From assembly GCA_017626035.1 (NCBI GenBank), contig JAGAJR010000018.1, positions 36,329 through 100,328 on the forward strand: DNA of 64,000 nt. Direction: 5' to 3'. Numbering within the stretch: the stretch's first letter is position 1; each line of letters opens with the position of its first letter. Origin of the DNA: Alphaproteobacteria bacterium. GTDB lineage: Bacteria; Pseudomonadota; Alphaproteobacteria; RF32; CAG-239. The position numbers were made by a program, and so were the translations under genes. The notes below the pieces were generated by a model, which had not been told where the DNA came from, made no database searches, and saw nothing but the letters and a program-made list of their open reading frames with translations. This document shows positions 1 through 9,537 of this stretch, piece after piece.

Positions 1-306
1 AATCCATACCGCTGAAACTGGTCAGCATACTTTTGAATTCATTAATGCTTTTAGAAACGGCGTCCAAGGAGGTAGACATTGTTTTCAGCTCGGTTGTCAG
101 AACTTTGTTGTTTTCCATAAAGTTATTGGTTACCGTCAGCGAAGCTTCCAAAGAAACAATGCTGTAAGCACTCATGCCGTATCCGGAATAAGATTGCGAC
201 TTCAGACCGGTAATGGACTGGAAATTGTATAAATCAAAAGTTTCCTTGTTCCTGATGGTCTGGTTCATCATATTGATGTAGGTTGCGTAAGTAGGAATTC
301 TAGTCA
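1..306 (-). CDS. flgL: Flagellar hook-associated protein 3 (FlgL), N-terminal part; the gene runs off the window start
   Basis: The minus-strand translation from the ATG at 306 reads MTRIPTYATYINMMNQTIRNKETFDLYNFQSITGLKSQ..., a flagellin-like N-terminal helical domain. It lies directly downstream of flgK in the same operon. Confidence 0.55.
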
Positions 307-317
307 TAACAAACCTC

Positions 318-2507
318 CTAAAGGATATTCAGCAGCATATCCAGCATTTCTTTGTTAGCGGTAAATGTTTGGGCACAAGCCGCATAGCTTTGCTGAAAGA
401 TAATAAGTTGAGCCAGTTCCTCATCCATATCAACCCCGCTGAGCTTAGCCTCTTTCAGGGAAATGGAATTGGTAAGCTCTGACTGGTAGTTGAAAGAAGA
501 TTCTGTTTCGTTGCATTGAGAAGCCAGATTGCCGACAAAAGTAGACGCATAGTTAGATAAGGTCGTCTGGGTTGAAGACAGCGTTCCGGCCTGAGAAAAA
601 GCTTGGGATGTCGCAAACGCTTCGGCCAAATCGTTGGCAATGTTGTTTGCGGCAGGGTTAAGCTGATATTCTCCGGAATTAGGGTTAAATTCAGGGGAAC
701 CGGCAGAAATCAGGCTTGGCGAAGTCAATAAATCATCCCGAACGCGAATAGAACCGGCGGTATCTGCATTAGACGGGTGCATACCGATTCTTTCCAAAAA
801 TCCGGTAGTTTGCGTCGCTCCGGCATTAAGAGCTTCGTTGATTTCCAATTGTTCTCCGGAAGTGTTGTTGATTTGTAAAACATAACCGCTGCCGTTAGGA
901 ACCAGAGAAGCTTTCAACTGCCCGTTAAGGTCATTGTTATTGTTGATTTTGTTGACAATGTCCTGAAGGCTGTCATTCGGATAGACGTTAATGGAACCCA
1001 AATTCGGATTATTGGCCGTTCCGAATTCCAGAGTAATTCTTTCCCGAACGCCGAGGTTAGCGTTTTTACTCAAAACTTTTGAATCATAAACGGCTTCGTT
1101 GGCGGTAGAGATAAAGAAATCGTTTAATCCGAAGAAATTTGAAAAACCTTCCATTGTTCGGTCAAAAGCACCGTCTCCGTTGACGTCAAAACGGACGGTA
1201 ACGTCTTTTTGTTCGCTTCCCGGAGTAGAATAAGCTTCATCCATAACCGAGAAGGAATAATTGCTGTCTCCGGTTTCAATAACCAGATTGCCGTCAGCGT
1301 TGATTTGGGCGTATGCTTGCGGCAGATTGGCCCCGTCAGGAGATTGCAGCCAGTCGTTAATTCTGGAGATGGTGTCGGTAACGCTTTCGCCCTCGGCAGG
1401 CATTCCCAAATTGCCGAGCAGGGTCGTTGTCGCAACCTGTTTTCCGTCAGCATCAAAGATTGTAAAACGGACATCACCGCCTTCAATTTGAATCTTTTGA
1501 ACATCCGGATTAATAAAGTCGCGGGTTCCGGTCAGAGATGACGGTGCGTTCGGATAAGAAGTTCCGCGGTTGTGAACTTGGTTTATTGAGTCTTTCAATA
1601 CCGAGGCTAATTCGTTTAACTGAGATTGCAAAGCAGTCAGGGAAGTGTCGCGGACTTCGATTAATCCTTTGATTTCACCGTTTTTAATGCGGTTGGTTAT
1701 ATCTTCTCCGTCCACATAAATTCCCCCGATTCCGCCGCCGGCATAAGATGTTGTCGGGCTGGCCTGAGCCACGGCACTGTGGGAAAGATAGTGCGGATAA
1801 CGGTCAAGAAGAGTAACGCCGTTGGTTGTTTGGATAACGATTTCTCCGTTTTCTCTGGTAAAATAAGAAAGGTCAATCAATCCGCTCAGGTTTCTTAAGG
1901 CCTCATCTCTCTGGTCTTCCAAATCGGCAACGCCTTCGTAGTTAAGAACCTTATATTTTACGATTTGATCGTTCAGTCTTTGAATGTCATCAAGATAGCC
2001 GTTGACTTGCTCGCAGGCTTCCGAAATATTTAAATCGGCATCGCCGCGGAGTTTTTGAATTTCCTGCGTCAGGGAGTTTAATCTGGAGGCAACGGTGTTA
2101 GCGTTGTTCAGCAAAGAATATCTGGCAGCAGAAGAGGTAACGTCGGAAGCAAACGTTTCAAAAGCAGACTGTAAGTCGGCAACATTGGCAGAAAGAGAAT
2201 TATTTCCCTGCGGTGTTCCGAGCAGAATTTCCGCTTTGCCCAAATATTGGCTTTGAGCGTTCAGGCTGCCTGTGGTGCAGTTGGAAGCCAGAAAGCTTTT
2301 AAGCAGGCCTTCGTTGACGTTGCGGGTAATGTCGCCGAGGGTAACGCCGGCATTTTGTCCGGCCAGAACGACGTTTTTCTGTTGTGCGACTTTACGGGTA
2401 TAACCGACGGTGTCCACATTGGCGATATTGCGTCCCACAATATCCATCTGAGACTGCGAAACTTTCATTCCCGTAAGGGCTGTTTGAATACCTGATAACA
2501 TTGCCAT
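318..2507 (-). CDS. flgK: Flagellar hook-associated protein 1 (FlgK)
   Basis: A 729-aa protein. The N-terminus MAMLSGIQTALTGMKVSQSQMDIVGRNIANVDTVGYTRK is the flagellar hook-filament junction signature. The C-terminal helical region ends LSGVDMDEELAQLIIFQQSYAACAQ. Confidence 0.85.
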   Translation of the reverse strand: MAMLSGIQTALTGMKVSQSQMDIVGRNIANVDTVGYTRKVAQQKNVVLAGQNAGVTLGDITRNVNEGLLKSFLASNCTTGSLNAQSQYLGKAEILLGTPQGNNSLSANVADLQSAFETFASDVTSSAARYSLLNNANTVASRLNSLTQEIQKLRGDADLNISEACEQVNGYLDDIQRLNDQIVKYKVLNYEGVADLEDQRDEALRNLSGLIDLSYFTRENGEIVIQTTNGVTLLDRYPHYLSHSAVAQASPTTSYAGGGIGGIYVDGEDITNRIKNGEIKGLIEVRDTSLTALQSQLNELASVLKDSINQVHNRGTSYPNAPSSLTGTRDFINPDVQKIQIEGGDVRFTIFDADGKQVATTTLLGNLGMPAEGESVTDTISRINDWLQSPDGANLPQAYAQINADGNLVIETGDSNYSFSVMDEAYSTPGSEQKDVTVRFDVNGDGAFDRTMEGFSNFFGLNDFFISTANEAVYDSKVLSKNANLGVRERITLEFGTANNPNLGSINVYPNDSLQDIVNKINNNNDLNGQLKASLVPNGSGYVLQINNTSGEQLEINEALNAGATQTTGFLERIGMHPSNADTAGSIRVRDDLLTSPSLISAGSPEFNPNSGEYQLNPAANNIANDLAEAFATSQAFSQAGTLSSTQTTLSNYASTFVGNLASQCNETESSFNYQSELTNSISLKEAKLSGVDMDEELAQLIIFQQSYAACAQTFTANKEMLDMLLNIL

Positions 2508-2518
2508 TGTAAAAACTC

Positions 2519-2980
2519 CTATAAAGTTCTGTTTATTGCGATTGCGTTTTTACTGTTATCCAAAGGTGAATACTTACCTTGGGAGCCATAAGATGTCGAA
2601 TTGGCATTATTGGTAATTTTGGCAATTCGGACAATTGAATCCATGACGGATTTGCTGGTTTCCATTCGGGTTTTCAGCAAAGTGTCATTTTCCTTGAGCA
2701 GGGTGTCAAGCTTGAGAGAAAGCTCTTTGACGTTATTTCTTTCCGTCTCTTCCAGAGCTTTCAGAACCTCCTGGTTCTTAATAAAATAAGCGACCAGATT
2801 GCGATATGCCGTAACGATTTTTGTTTTTTGTTCGTAAAGAGCGGTAACGGCATCCGTATCATAATTTCTGAGAGCTTCGTTTTCGATACTCAGAAGGTCG
2901 GAAAAACTGTTGATTATTTCTTTATAATCGGCAATTTTTCTGTTGAAATCTTCATTTTGAATTTGAGCTGTATTTTCCAT
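2519..2980 (-). CDS. FlgN-like flagellar export chaperone (tentative)
   Basis: A 153-aa helical protein lying between the rod-binding gene and flgK, the usual flgN position. The C-terminal ..YGSQGKYS.. resembles the FlgN tail. Confidence 0.4.
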   Translation of the reverse strand: MENTAQIQNEDFNRKIADYKEIINSFSDLLSIENEALRNYDTDAVTALYEQKTKIVTAYRNLVAYFIKNQEVLKALEETERNNVKELSLKLDTLLKENDTLLKTRMETSKSVMDSIVRIAKITNNANSTSYGSQGKYSPLDNSKNAIAINRTL

Positions 2981-2981
2981 A

Positions 2982-3347
2982 TTACACCTCTTTTCCGCTG
3001 GTTGGGATATTGCCTTGGGAAAAAGCTTCCTGCATATCCAAAATTGATTTCATGACATAGTCGGCAACTCCGACGGTTCCTGTTTTGGCCATGGCTTTTC
3101 CGTATTCGTTAATCAGCATGGAACGATAAATTTTTTCGGCATGGCCGCCGCCGAACATTCCGTCGGTGGAAATTCCTTCAAACATGGTTTCCATCATTCT
3201 GGAGAGGAAAAATGCTTCAAAGTCCTGAGCGGCTTCTTCGGCTTTTCCGGAAGCCTGCGTGTTTTTCAACATCCCCAGCATCGCTTTTTGTTTTTCAAAA
3301 GCGGCGGAAGCTTGGTCGAAGAATATGTTTGTTCCGGTCAACGTCAT
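2982..3347 (-). CDS. Flagellar rod-binding protein (FlgJ N-domain / CheL-like)
   Basis: A 121-aa protein with the motif DFEAFFLSRMMETMF, typical of the Rod_binding domain. It sits immediately downstream of flgI with a 1-nt gap, as in alphaproteobacteria. Confidence 0.6.
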   Translation of the reverse strand: MTLTGTNIFFDQASAAFEKQKAMLGMLKNTQASGKAEEAAQDFEAFFLSRMMETMFEGISTDGMFGGGHAEKIYRSMLINEYGKAMAKTGTVGVADYVMKSILDMQEAFSQGNIPTSGKEV

Positions 3348-3348
3348 T

Positions 3349-4473
3349 TTAGATTACCTCGATGTCTGCCTGCAGAGCCCCGCTGGCTTTGATGGCCTGC
3401 AAAATACTGATTAAATCCCTCGGCGTAACACCCAGAGCGTTCAGCCCGTCTACCAGTTCCTGAAGGTTAACGCCTGTTTCCAAAACAGCCAGACGGCTTT
3501 GAATATCTTCATTAATGTCAATGGCGGTGGTTGTTTCGACAACGGTTTCTCCGTTTGAAAACGGCAATGGCTGGGATACGAAAGGAACTTCCGAAATTTT
3601 AATTGTCAGGTTGCCTTGGGCAATGGCCAGTTTATTAATTTTGACGTCTTTGCCGATGACAACAATGCCGGAGCTTTCGTCAATAACAACTTTTGCCAGT
3701 TGATCCGGCTGAACACGGAGCTGTTCGATTTTGGTCATCAAATCAACAATTTTTCCTTCATAACTGCTCGGAACGTCAACCGAAATAGTTGTCGGATCAA
3801 GTGCTTGAGCCGTATCAATACCGAGCAGGGCGTTGATAGCGTCGGATACTCTGCGGGCGGTCGTAAAGTCAGGGTTGCGTAAGGCCAACCGGATTGTTTT
3901 CATGCTTTCCAAAGAAAAGTCCACTTCATTTTCGATAATGGCTCCGTTCGGAATGCGTCCCGAAGTCGGAACACCTTTGGTAACGGATTGGGTTGCCCCG
4001 CGGGCAGAAACCGCACCGGAAGCGACTTGTCCCTGAGCCACGGCATAAACTTCTCCGTTGGCAGCAACCAGCGGCGTGGCAATCAACGTTCCACCCTGAA
4101 GATTTTTGGCATCGCCGAGAGCACTGACCATGACGTCGATTCGGCTTCCTTGTCTTCCAAACGGCGGCAGGCTGGCCGTAACCATAACGGCGGCAACGTT
4201 CTTAGACTTAAGCTGTCCGTCTCTGGAGTTGATGCCGACCTGATCCAAAAGGGAGATAAGGCTTTCTTTGGCAAAATTAATGGATTTAATGTTATCGCCG
4301 GTGCCGTTCAGACCGACAACCAAACCGTAACCGACCAGTTGGTTTTCCCTGATGCCTTCAAAATCGGCAATATCTTTTATTCTGGAACTGGAAACGGCTT
4401 CCGTCGAATAAAAAGACATTAACAGTGTAATCACTGTAAAAATGGCGGTTTTCTTAAGGTTTAAGACTTTCAT
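3349..4473 (-). CDS. flgI: Flagellar P-ring protein FlgI
   Basis: A 374-aa protein with a signal peptide. Conserved FlgI blocks VGYGLVVGLNGTGD and GGTLIATPLVAANGEVYAVAQG are present. Confidence 0.9.
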   Translation of the reverse strand: MKVLNLKKTAIFTVITLLMSFYSTEAVSSSRIKDIADFEGIRENQLVGYGLVVGLNGTGDNIKSINFAKESLISLLDQVGINSRDGQLKSKNVAAVMVTASLPPFGRQGSRIDVMVSALGDAKNLQGGTLIATPLVAANGEVYAVAQGQVASGAVSARGATQSVTKGVPTSGRIPNGAIIENEVDFSLESMKTIRLALRNPDFTTARRVSDAINALLGIDTAQALDPTTISVDVPSSYEGKIVDLMTKIEQLRVQPDQLAKVVIDESSGIVVIGKDVKINKLAIAQGNLTIKISEVPFVSQPLPFSNGETVVETTTAIDINEDIQSRLAVLETGVNLQELVDGLNALGVTPRDLISILQAIKASGALQADIEVI

Positions 4474-4539
4474 AACAACATAATCCCATAAATTGGCAAT
4501 TAAACTTAAGGGATTATATGCAAACAGCGTGCCAAAAAA

Positions 4540-5418
4540 TCAGAGACGGGACATAACCTGCTGAATATGATTTAAAAGAATCTGAATTTTTTCAGTTTTC
4601 TTGGCATCATAATGAGAAACAAGCCAGCAGCGGTGTTCCAAATGCAGGTCAATATCAATCGGAATAAGGTCCTTTTCAATTTTTCCGTAATTAATCGGAT
4701 GAACGCCTATTCCCAAACCTTCTTTATTAAACTGTATAAGCAGGTTGGATGAATTAATCTGAGCCACGACATGTTCCGAATGGTCGATGATTTCTTTCCA
4801 TTCCGGCCAGATTGCCGTATATTCTTTTCTGTCGCAAATGTAGTGGTTTCTTTTCAAATCATCCAGATTCTTAGGGATTCCGTAACGGGAAATATATTCG
4901 GGCGAAGCAAAAAGTCCGAATTTTATCATAAATTCGTTAAATATAACCGGTTCGGAAGGTTTCGGCTTGCTGTAAACAATGGCAATGTCAGCTTCTCTGG
5001 TACTGAAATTCGGCATTTCGTTGGAACAAATCACATCCAGGTTAACATCGGGATATTGATGATGGAAGTCAACCAGATGTTGAATTAAACAAGTTCCTAT
5101 ACCGTCAGTTGTCCACAGCTTAATTTTGCCGGAAATGCTGTGTGCTTTTGTCGAATAATTTTGAACATCATACAACAAAGCAAGCAGCCTTTGGGCATAT
5201 TCGTCAATGGCGAGGCCTTCTTCTGTCGGCACCACACCGTGGGAAGCATTGGAAAAAAGCTTCATCCCGGTTTCCTTCTCCAATTTGTGAATGGCGACGG
5301 AAACATTCGATTGTTTGGTAAAAGTTTTTTCGGCAGTTTTGGTATAACTTCCCGTTTTAATTGTATTGTTTAAATAGAGTAAACCTCTAAGGGTTGCAAT
5401 ATGTTTGTTTATATCCAT
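4540..5418 (-). CDS. LysR-family transcriptional regulator
   Basis: A 292-aa protein. It has an N-terminal HTH (TGSYTKTAEKTFTKQSNVSVAIHKLEKETGMKLF) followed by a LysR substrate-binding domain. Confidence 0.75.
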   Translation of the reverse strand: MDINKHIATLRGLLYLNNTIKTGSYTKTAEKTFTKQSNVSVAIHKLEKETGMKLFSNASHGVVPTEEGLAIDEYAQRLLALLYDVQNYSTKAHSISGKIKLWTTDGIGTCLIQHLVDFHHQYPDVNLDVICSNEMPNFSTREADIAIVYSKPKPSEPVIFNEFMIKFGLFASPEYISRYGIPKNLDDLKRNHYICDRKEYTAIWPEWKEIIDHSEHVVAQINSSNLLIQFNKEGLGIGVHPINYGKIEKDLIPIDIDLHLEHRCWLVSHYDAKKTEKIQILLNHIQQVMSRL

Positions 5419-5525
5419 AATATATACCAGCTATATAAAATTAGCTCCTTCTAATATAAGAATTTAAAAGAGATACTGGTAATAGTATTCCACGCAAAGG
5501 TTACTATTACCTTAAAAGGACCCGG

Positions 5526-6113
5526 ATGACGGAAAATGCAATAAACATAGCGGTTGCTCAAACTCTGGATGATCTGATGAAAGTTATGGTTATCCGGGGA
5601 GCCGTGTTTGTCGGCGAACAGCATCACCGCTATAATCTGGAGTTTGGGGAAGGAGAACTGACCAGAACGCATTTATTGGCTCAGGAAGGAAATGAACCGA
5701 TAGGAACAATGCGTATCTTAAAAGAAAACAAAGATGCCAAGTTTGAACGGTTGGCAATTCTGGCTTCGCACCGGGGTAAAAACGTATCGGAGAAAATAAT
5801 CGAAAAAGGATATGAAATCTGCCGGGAGAGCGGAATAGAACAGGTTTGTCTGTTTTGCAAACCGCACCTGTTGGGTTTCTGGGAAAAGCAGGGATATAAA
5901 AAAGTCGGAGGAAATAAGGCCTTGAAAGTTGAAAATATGCTTCTTCTGCCGATTGTTTTGAATCTGCGTCCCGATCTGGGCGAAAAGGAAGCCGGATATT
6001 ATGATAAAATACCGGACATCCTGTTGAAAGAAAAAGGAGAGTGGGTGGAGTATCAGCCGGATGCTCTGGCCATTATCCTGAATAAGAAAAAAGAATATTT
6101 GTCGGGAAAATGA
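5526..6113 (+). CDS. GNAT-family N-acetyltransferase
   Basis: A 195-aa protein. The acetyl-CoA-binding-like region RLAILASHRGKNVSEKIIEKGYEICRESG is present. Confidence 0.55.
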   Translation: MTENAINIAVAQTLDDLMKVMVIRGAVFVGEQHHRYNLEFGEGELTRTHLLAQEGNEPIGTMRILKENKDAKFERLAILASHRGKNVSEKIIEKGYEICRESGIEQVCLFCKPHLLGFWEKQGYKKVGGNKALKVENMLLLPIVLNLRPDLGEKEAGYYDKIPDILLKEKGEWVEYQPDALAIILNKKKEYLSGK

Positions 6114-6158
6114 TTTTATAAAAAACGGCTCTTTTTCATTTTAAGCAAGGAGAAAAAT

Positions 6159-6356
6159 ATGAAAACCGATATCCGAAAAGAAAATGAATATTTTTTCAGG
6201 GAAGAATATCTTCAGGATATAAAAAACACTAATGATTTGTTTGAAAAACTGGCGTTGGAACTCCGTAAAAGAGGCTATAAGGAAACGCATTATCTTTTGC
6301 AGGTAACACATTATTCCTTTTGTCAGGAAATATTTTCCGAAATAAAAAATAAATAA
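6159..6356 (+). CDS. Small hypothetical protein (65 aa)
   Basis: A strong RBS (AAGGAG) sits 8 nt upstream of the ATG. The gene lies in an AT-rich gap upstream of the helicase-like gene. No recognisable domain. Confidence 0.35.
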   Translation: MKTDIRKENEYFFREEYLQDIKNTNDLFEKLALELRKRGYKETHYLLQVTHYSFCQEIFSEIKNK

Positions 6357-6458
6357 AGCAAAACTGTTGAAAATATGGAACTTAAACTTTCTAAACCGGA
6401 GAAAATAAGCTATATAATCTATATAAGTAATATTTAATATAAAACTCTGGATACCGGA

Positions 6459-7712
6459 ATGAACTTGAGAGTTGCTCCCGGTGCGGCGGAAAAGCTGGCA
6501 CAATTGAAAGCGGGAGCTTTGTTTGTTAAAGAGGAAACGAAAAAAATAGCTTTAGCACTTGATTTGGTTAAATCTAAACAAAGTGAAATAGATTTTATTG
6601 TCTGGATTGCTCCGGCAGCTTTTTGGGCCAGAAAGACGTATTGGGAAAACATAAGAAAAAAAGCCGGATGTTTCCGTAATAAAATTTGCAGCTATTCCGT
6701 TGAAAGCATTTCCATTTCGGATAATAAATATTTGCAGCTTTACAATCTGATTGACAAATACCGGACATTTTGTGTGATAGATGACAGCATTACCATCAAG
6801 AATACCGAGGCTGGCAGAACCAAAAGATTGTTGGCTGTCCGTCATAAATTTAAATACCGTTTGATTTTAAGCTCTTTGCCTTTGGCTCAAGGATTGATAG
6901 ATTTATATTCCCAGTTGGAATTTTTGGATTCAAAAATTTTGCGAATGAATGAGAGCCAGTTTTCCAATATGTTTCTGCCTTTTTACGAAGATTGTTACAA
7001 AACCTGGAGAAGATGGTCGCGGCCGGAAGATGAAAAACTTTTGGTGCAAATGATGCGTCCGTATGTTCTGACTTGCGATATGGCTCAAAACCGGCATTTT
7101 AAATACATTGACAATGATTTTGAACTGACGGACGTAGAACGCCGCAGCTATAAATATGAAAAGGATTTTTTCCTGAAAAACAGAACTCAGGTGGCTTTTA
7201 TGGAGGTCGTCCAGAGCTTTCAAAGAATGTATACCCTGAGCTATAATAAAATTCAGGCTCTGCTTATTTTATTGAAAAATATCACGGAGAGAAAAGAAAA
7301 GGTCATCATTTATATCAGATTTCTGGATGAAATAATTTTCTTTAAGGAAAGCGGTTTCCTGAACGGTTTTGATTTTGTCGAATGCACGGGAAAGTCAAAT
7401 AAACGGCAGGCTGTTTCGGCTTTCACAAGCGGCACGGATATTATGTTTTGTACTTATGGCGTAAACCAGCAGGATTTGGATTTGTCTTTGTGCCGGAATA
7501 TCATCTTTTTCTCTCAAACGTTTGACTATAAGAGCAAGGCACAGGTTTTGGGCAGCTTTAGCGGCGGAAAATTCAAACAGGACATTAATATTTATAATTT
7601 TTGGGTCAAAACCGGTTTAGAGATGATTATCCGGGATAATCTGACCCGCAAGGCAAATGTCTTGTCGCATGTCTGCCGGATTATTTCTCAAAAGGAGATA
7701 AACAGACTGTGA
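6459..7712 (+). CDS. SNF2-family helicase-like protein, N-terminally truncated or degenerate
   Basis: A 417-aa protein. An SNF2 motif III-like block (RLILSSLPLAQGLIDLYSQLEFLD) and a helicase-C region (ECTGKSNKRQAVSAFTSG...) are present. There is no Walker A. The DEAH position reads VIDDSITIKN. The stop overlaps the start of the next gene (ATGA). Confidence 0.5.
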   Translation: MNLRVAPGAAEKLAQLKAGALFVKEETKKIALALDLVKSKQSEIDFIVWIAPAAFWARKTYWENIRKKAGCFRNKICSYSVESISISDNKYLQLYNLIDKYRTFCVIDDSITIKNTEAGRTKRLLAVRHKFKYRLILSSLPLAQGLIDLYSQLEFLDSKILRMNESQFSNMFLPFYEDCYKTWRRWSRPEDEKLLVQMMRPYVLTCDMAQNRHFKYIDNDFELTDVERRSYKYEKDFFLKNRTQVAFMEVVQSFQRMYTLSYNKIQALLILLKNITERKEKVIIYIRFLDEIIFFKESGFLNGFDFVECTGKSNKRQAVSAFTSGTDIMFCTYGVNQQDLDLSLCRNIIFFSQTFDYKSKAQVLGSFSGGKFKQDINIYNFWVKTGLEMIIRDNLTRKANVLSHVCRIISQKEINRL

Positions 7713-9013
7713 AGAAATATTTGGATATAAACGTCTATGAGGCTGTGCAGGAACGTTTGAAATTTGTTTTTGAAAATTTTGAAAACATCTATGTTTCTTT
7801 TTCCGGCGGCAAAGATAGCGGGCTTTTGTTGAACTTGGTCTTGGATTATAAACGCCGCCATGGGATTAAGCGTAAAATCGGCGTCTTTCATCAGGATTTT
7901 GAAGCCCAGTATCAAACAACAACGGATTATGTTACCCGGATGTTTGAGAATAACCTGAATGATATAGAACCTTATTGGGTCTGCCTGCCGATGGGCTCCC
8001 GTTGTGCAGTCAGCAATTATCAAATGTATTGGTATCCGTGGGATAAGACGGAAAAAACTTCCTGGGTTCGTCCGATGCCGGCATTTTCTTATATCATTAA
8101 CGAAGAAAACAATCCGTTTGATTTTTATAAATATAAGATGACGCAGGAAGATTTGTATGCCGAGTTTGGTAAATGGTATGCCCGCACGCATGAAGGCAAA
8201 ACGATTTGCCTTTTGGGGATTCGGGCGGATGAATCGCTGAACCGTTACCGGGCGTATGCCAATGAGCGGAAAAGGATGGTTAAAGAGTCCAAGTGGACGG
8301 CCGAAAAAGGCAAAAATTTCTATAACGGCTATCCGCTTTATGATTGGACAACCAAAGATGTTTGGGTGGCAAACGGGAAATATGACTTTGATTACAATAA
8401 AATTTATGATCTGTTTTATAAAGCCGGATTGTCGATTAATCAAATGCGTGTGGCCAGCCCGTATCACGAGAGTGCCAAAGAAAGTCTGAACCTGTATCGG
8501 GTTTTGGAACCGGCAACCTGGATAAAAGTGGTAAGCCGAGTGCAGGGAGCAAACTTCGGAGCGATTTACGGAAATTCCAAAGCTCTGGGAGCCAGAAAAT
8601 TCACGCTGCCGGAAGGCCATACCTGGAGGTCTTATGTAAAATTTCTTTTGGCGACTTTGCCTGAAGAAATGCGGAAAAATTATATCAGCAAATTCAAAAC
8701 CTCAATTCGTTTCTGGTGGAAAAAAGGCGGCGTTGTCAGTGAAGAGGCGATTAAAGAACTGGAAAACTGCAATTATTCCATCATCCGCAACGGAAAAAGC
8801 AATTATCACAGCAGCAAGGATCAGGTACGTTTTTTGGGAACGCCGGATGATACGGACGATATTAAATCCACCATAGATATTCCGTCATGGAAACGTATGG
8901 CGATTTGTATTCTGAAGAATGACCATTTGTGCAAATATATGGGTTTTACCCAAACACAAAAACAAAGTTCCCGGCAAAAAGAACTTATCGAAAAATACCG
9001 AAAAATGTTATAA
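7709..9013 (+). CDS. PAPS-reductase-like PP-loop protein with DUF3440-like C-terminus (IbrA/YbdN-like)
   Basis: A 434-aa protein. It carries the PP-loop SFSGGKDSG. The N-terminus MKKYLDINVYEAVQERLKFVFENFENIYVSFSGGKDS is typical of the IbrA/YbdN family. Confidence 0.7.
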   Translation: MKKYLDINVYEAVQERLKFVFENFENIYVSFSGGKDSGLLLNLVLDYKRRHGIKRKIGVFHQDFEAQYQTTTDYVTRMFENNLNDIEPYWVCLPMGSRCAVSNYQMYWYPWDKTEKTSWVRPMPAFSYIINEENNPFDFYKYKMTQEDLYAEFGKWYARTHEGKTICLLGIRADESLNRYRAYANERKRMVKESKWTAEKGKNFYNGYPLYDWTTKDVWVANGKYDFDYNKIYDLFYKAGLSINQMRVASPYHESAKESLNLYRVLEPATWIKVVSRVQGANFGAIYGNSKALGARKFTLPEGHTWRSYVKFLLATLPEEMRKNYISKFKTSIRFWWKKGGVVSEEAIKELENCNYSIIRNGKSNYHSSKDQVRFLGTPDDTDDIKSTIDIPSWKRMAICILKNDHLCKYMGFTQTQKQSSRQKELIEKYRKML

Positions 9014-9024
9014 GGAAAACACTA

Positions 9025-9537
9025 ATGAACAAATTTGTCAGTCCGGTTTATAATGTGCAGGCCATTCCCGTCGAAAAAATACGGGCCAATAACTATAATC
9101 CGAACAAAGTCGCTCCGCCGGAGATGAAACTGTTGGAGATTTCTATTTGGGAAGATGGTTATACTCAGCCGATAGTTTGTTATTATGACAAAGAGAAAGA
9201 CGAATATATCGTTGTCGACGGTTTTCACCGTTATACGGTTATGCTGACCAGCGACCGGATTTATGAGCGGGAAGGCGGAAAAATGCCGGTGGTGGTGATT
9301 GATAAGGAACTGGGAGAACGCATGGCCTCTACCATACGCCACAACCGGGCTCGGGGCAGCCATAGCGTCGACTTGATGAGCAATATCGTGTCTGAACTTC
9401 TGGAGATGGGAAAAAGCGATGCCTGGATTTGCCGCAATATCGGAATGTCTGCGGATGAATTGTTGCGTTTAAAACAGTTGACAGGATTGGCTTCTCTGTT
9501 TAAGGATGAGGAGTTTTCCCGCAGTTGGGAAGCCTGA
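9025..9537 (+). CDS. ParB-like nuclease domain protein (IbrB/YbdM-like)
   Basis: The start was chosen at the ATG at 9025, which has an AAGGA RBS. ParB N-domain motifs IPVEKIRANNYNPN and VVDGFHRYTV...TIRHNRARGSH are present. Confidence 0.7.
   Translation: MNKFVSPVYNVQAIPVEKIRANNYNPNKVAPPEMKLLEISIWEDGYTQPIVCYYDKEKDEYIVVDGFHRYTVMLTSDRIYEREGGKMPVVVIDKELGERMASTIRHNRARGSHSVDLMSNIVSELLEMGKSDAWICRNIGMSADELLRLKQLTGLASLFKDEEFSRSWEA

Noticed and set aside
1124-1541. Several 60-130-aa ORFs overlapping flgK and other long genes on the opposite strand or in other frames (for example 1124-1504, 1209-1541, 2247-2495, 38201-38676, 35843-36103)
   Set aside because: They lie inside well-supported longer genes, have no RBS and show low-complexity composition. 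They are typical six-frame artefacts.
6141-6503. 120-aa minus-strand ORF spanning the AT-rich gap upstream of the helicase-like gene
   Set aside because: It is an extremely Phe/Ile/Lys-rich translation of AT-rich spacer DNA. It overlaps the better-supported 65-aa plus-strand ORF that has a strong RBS.
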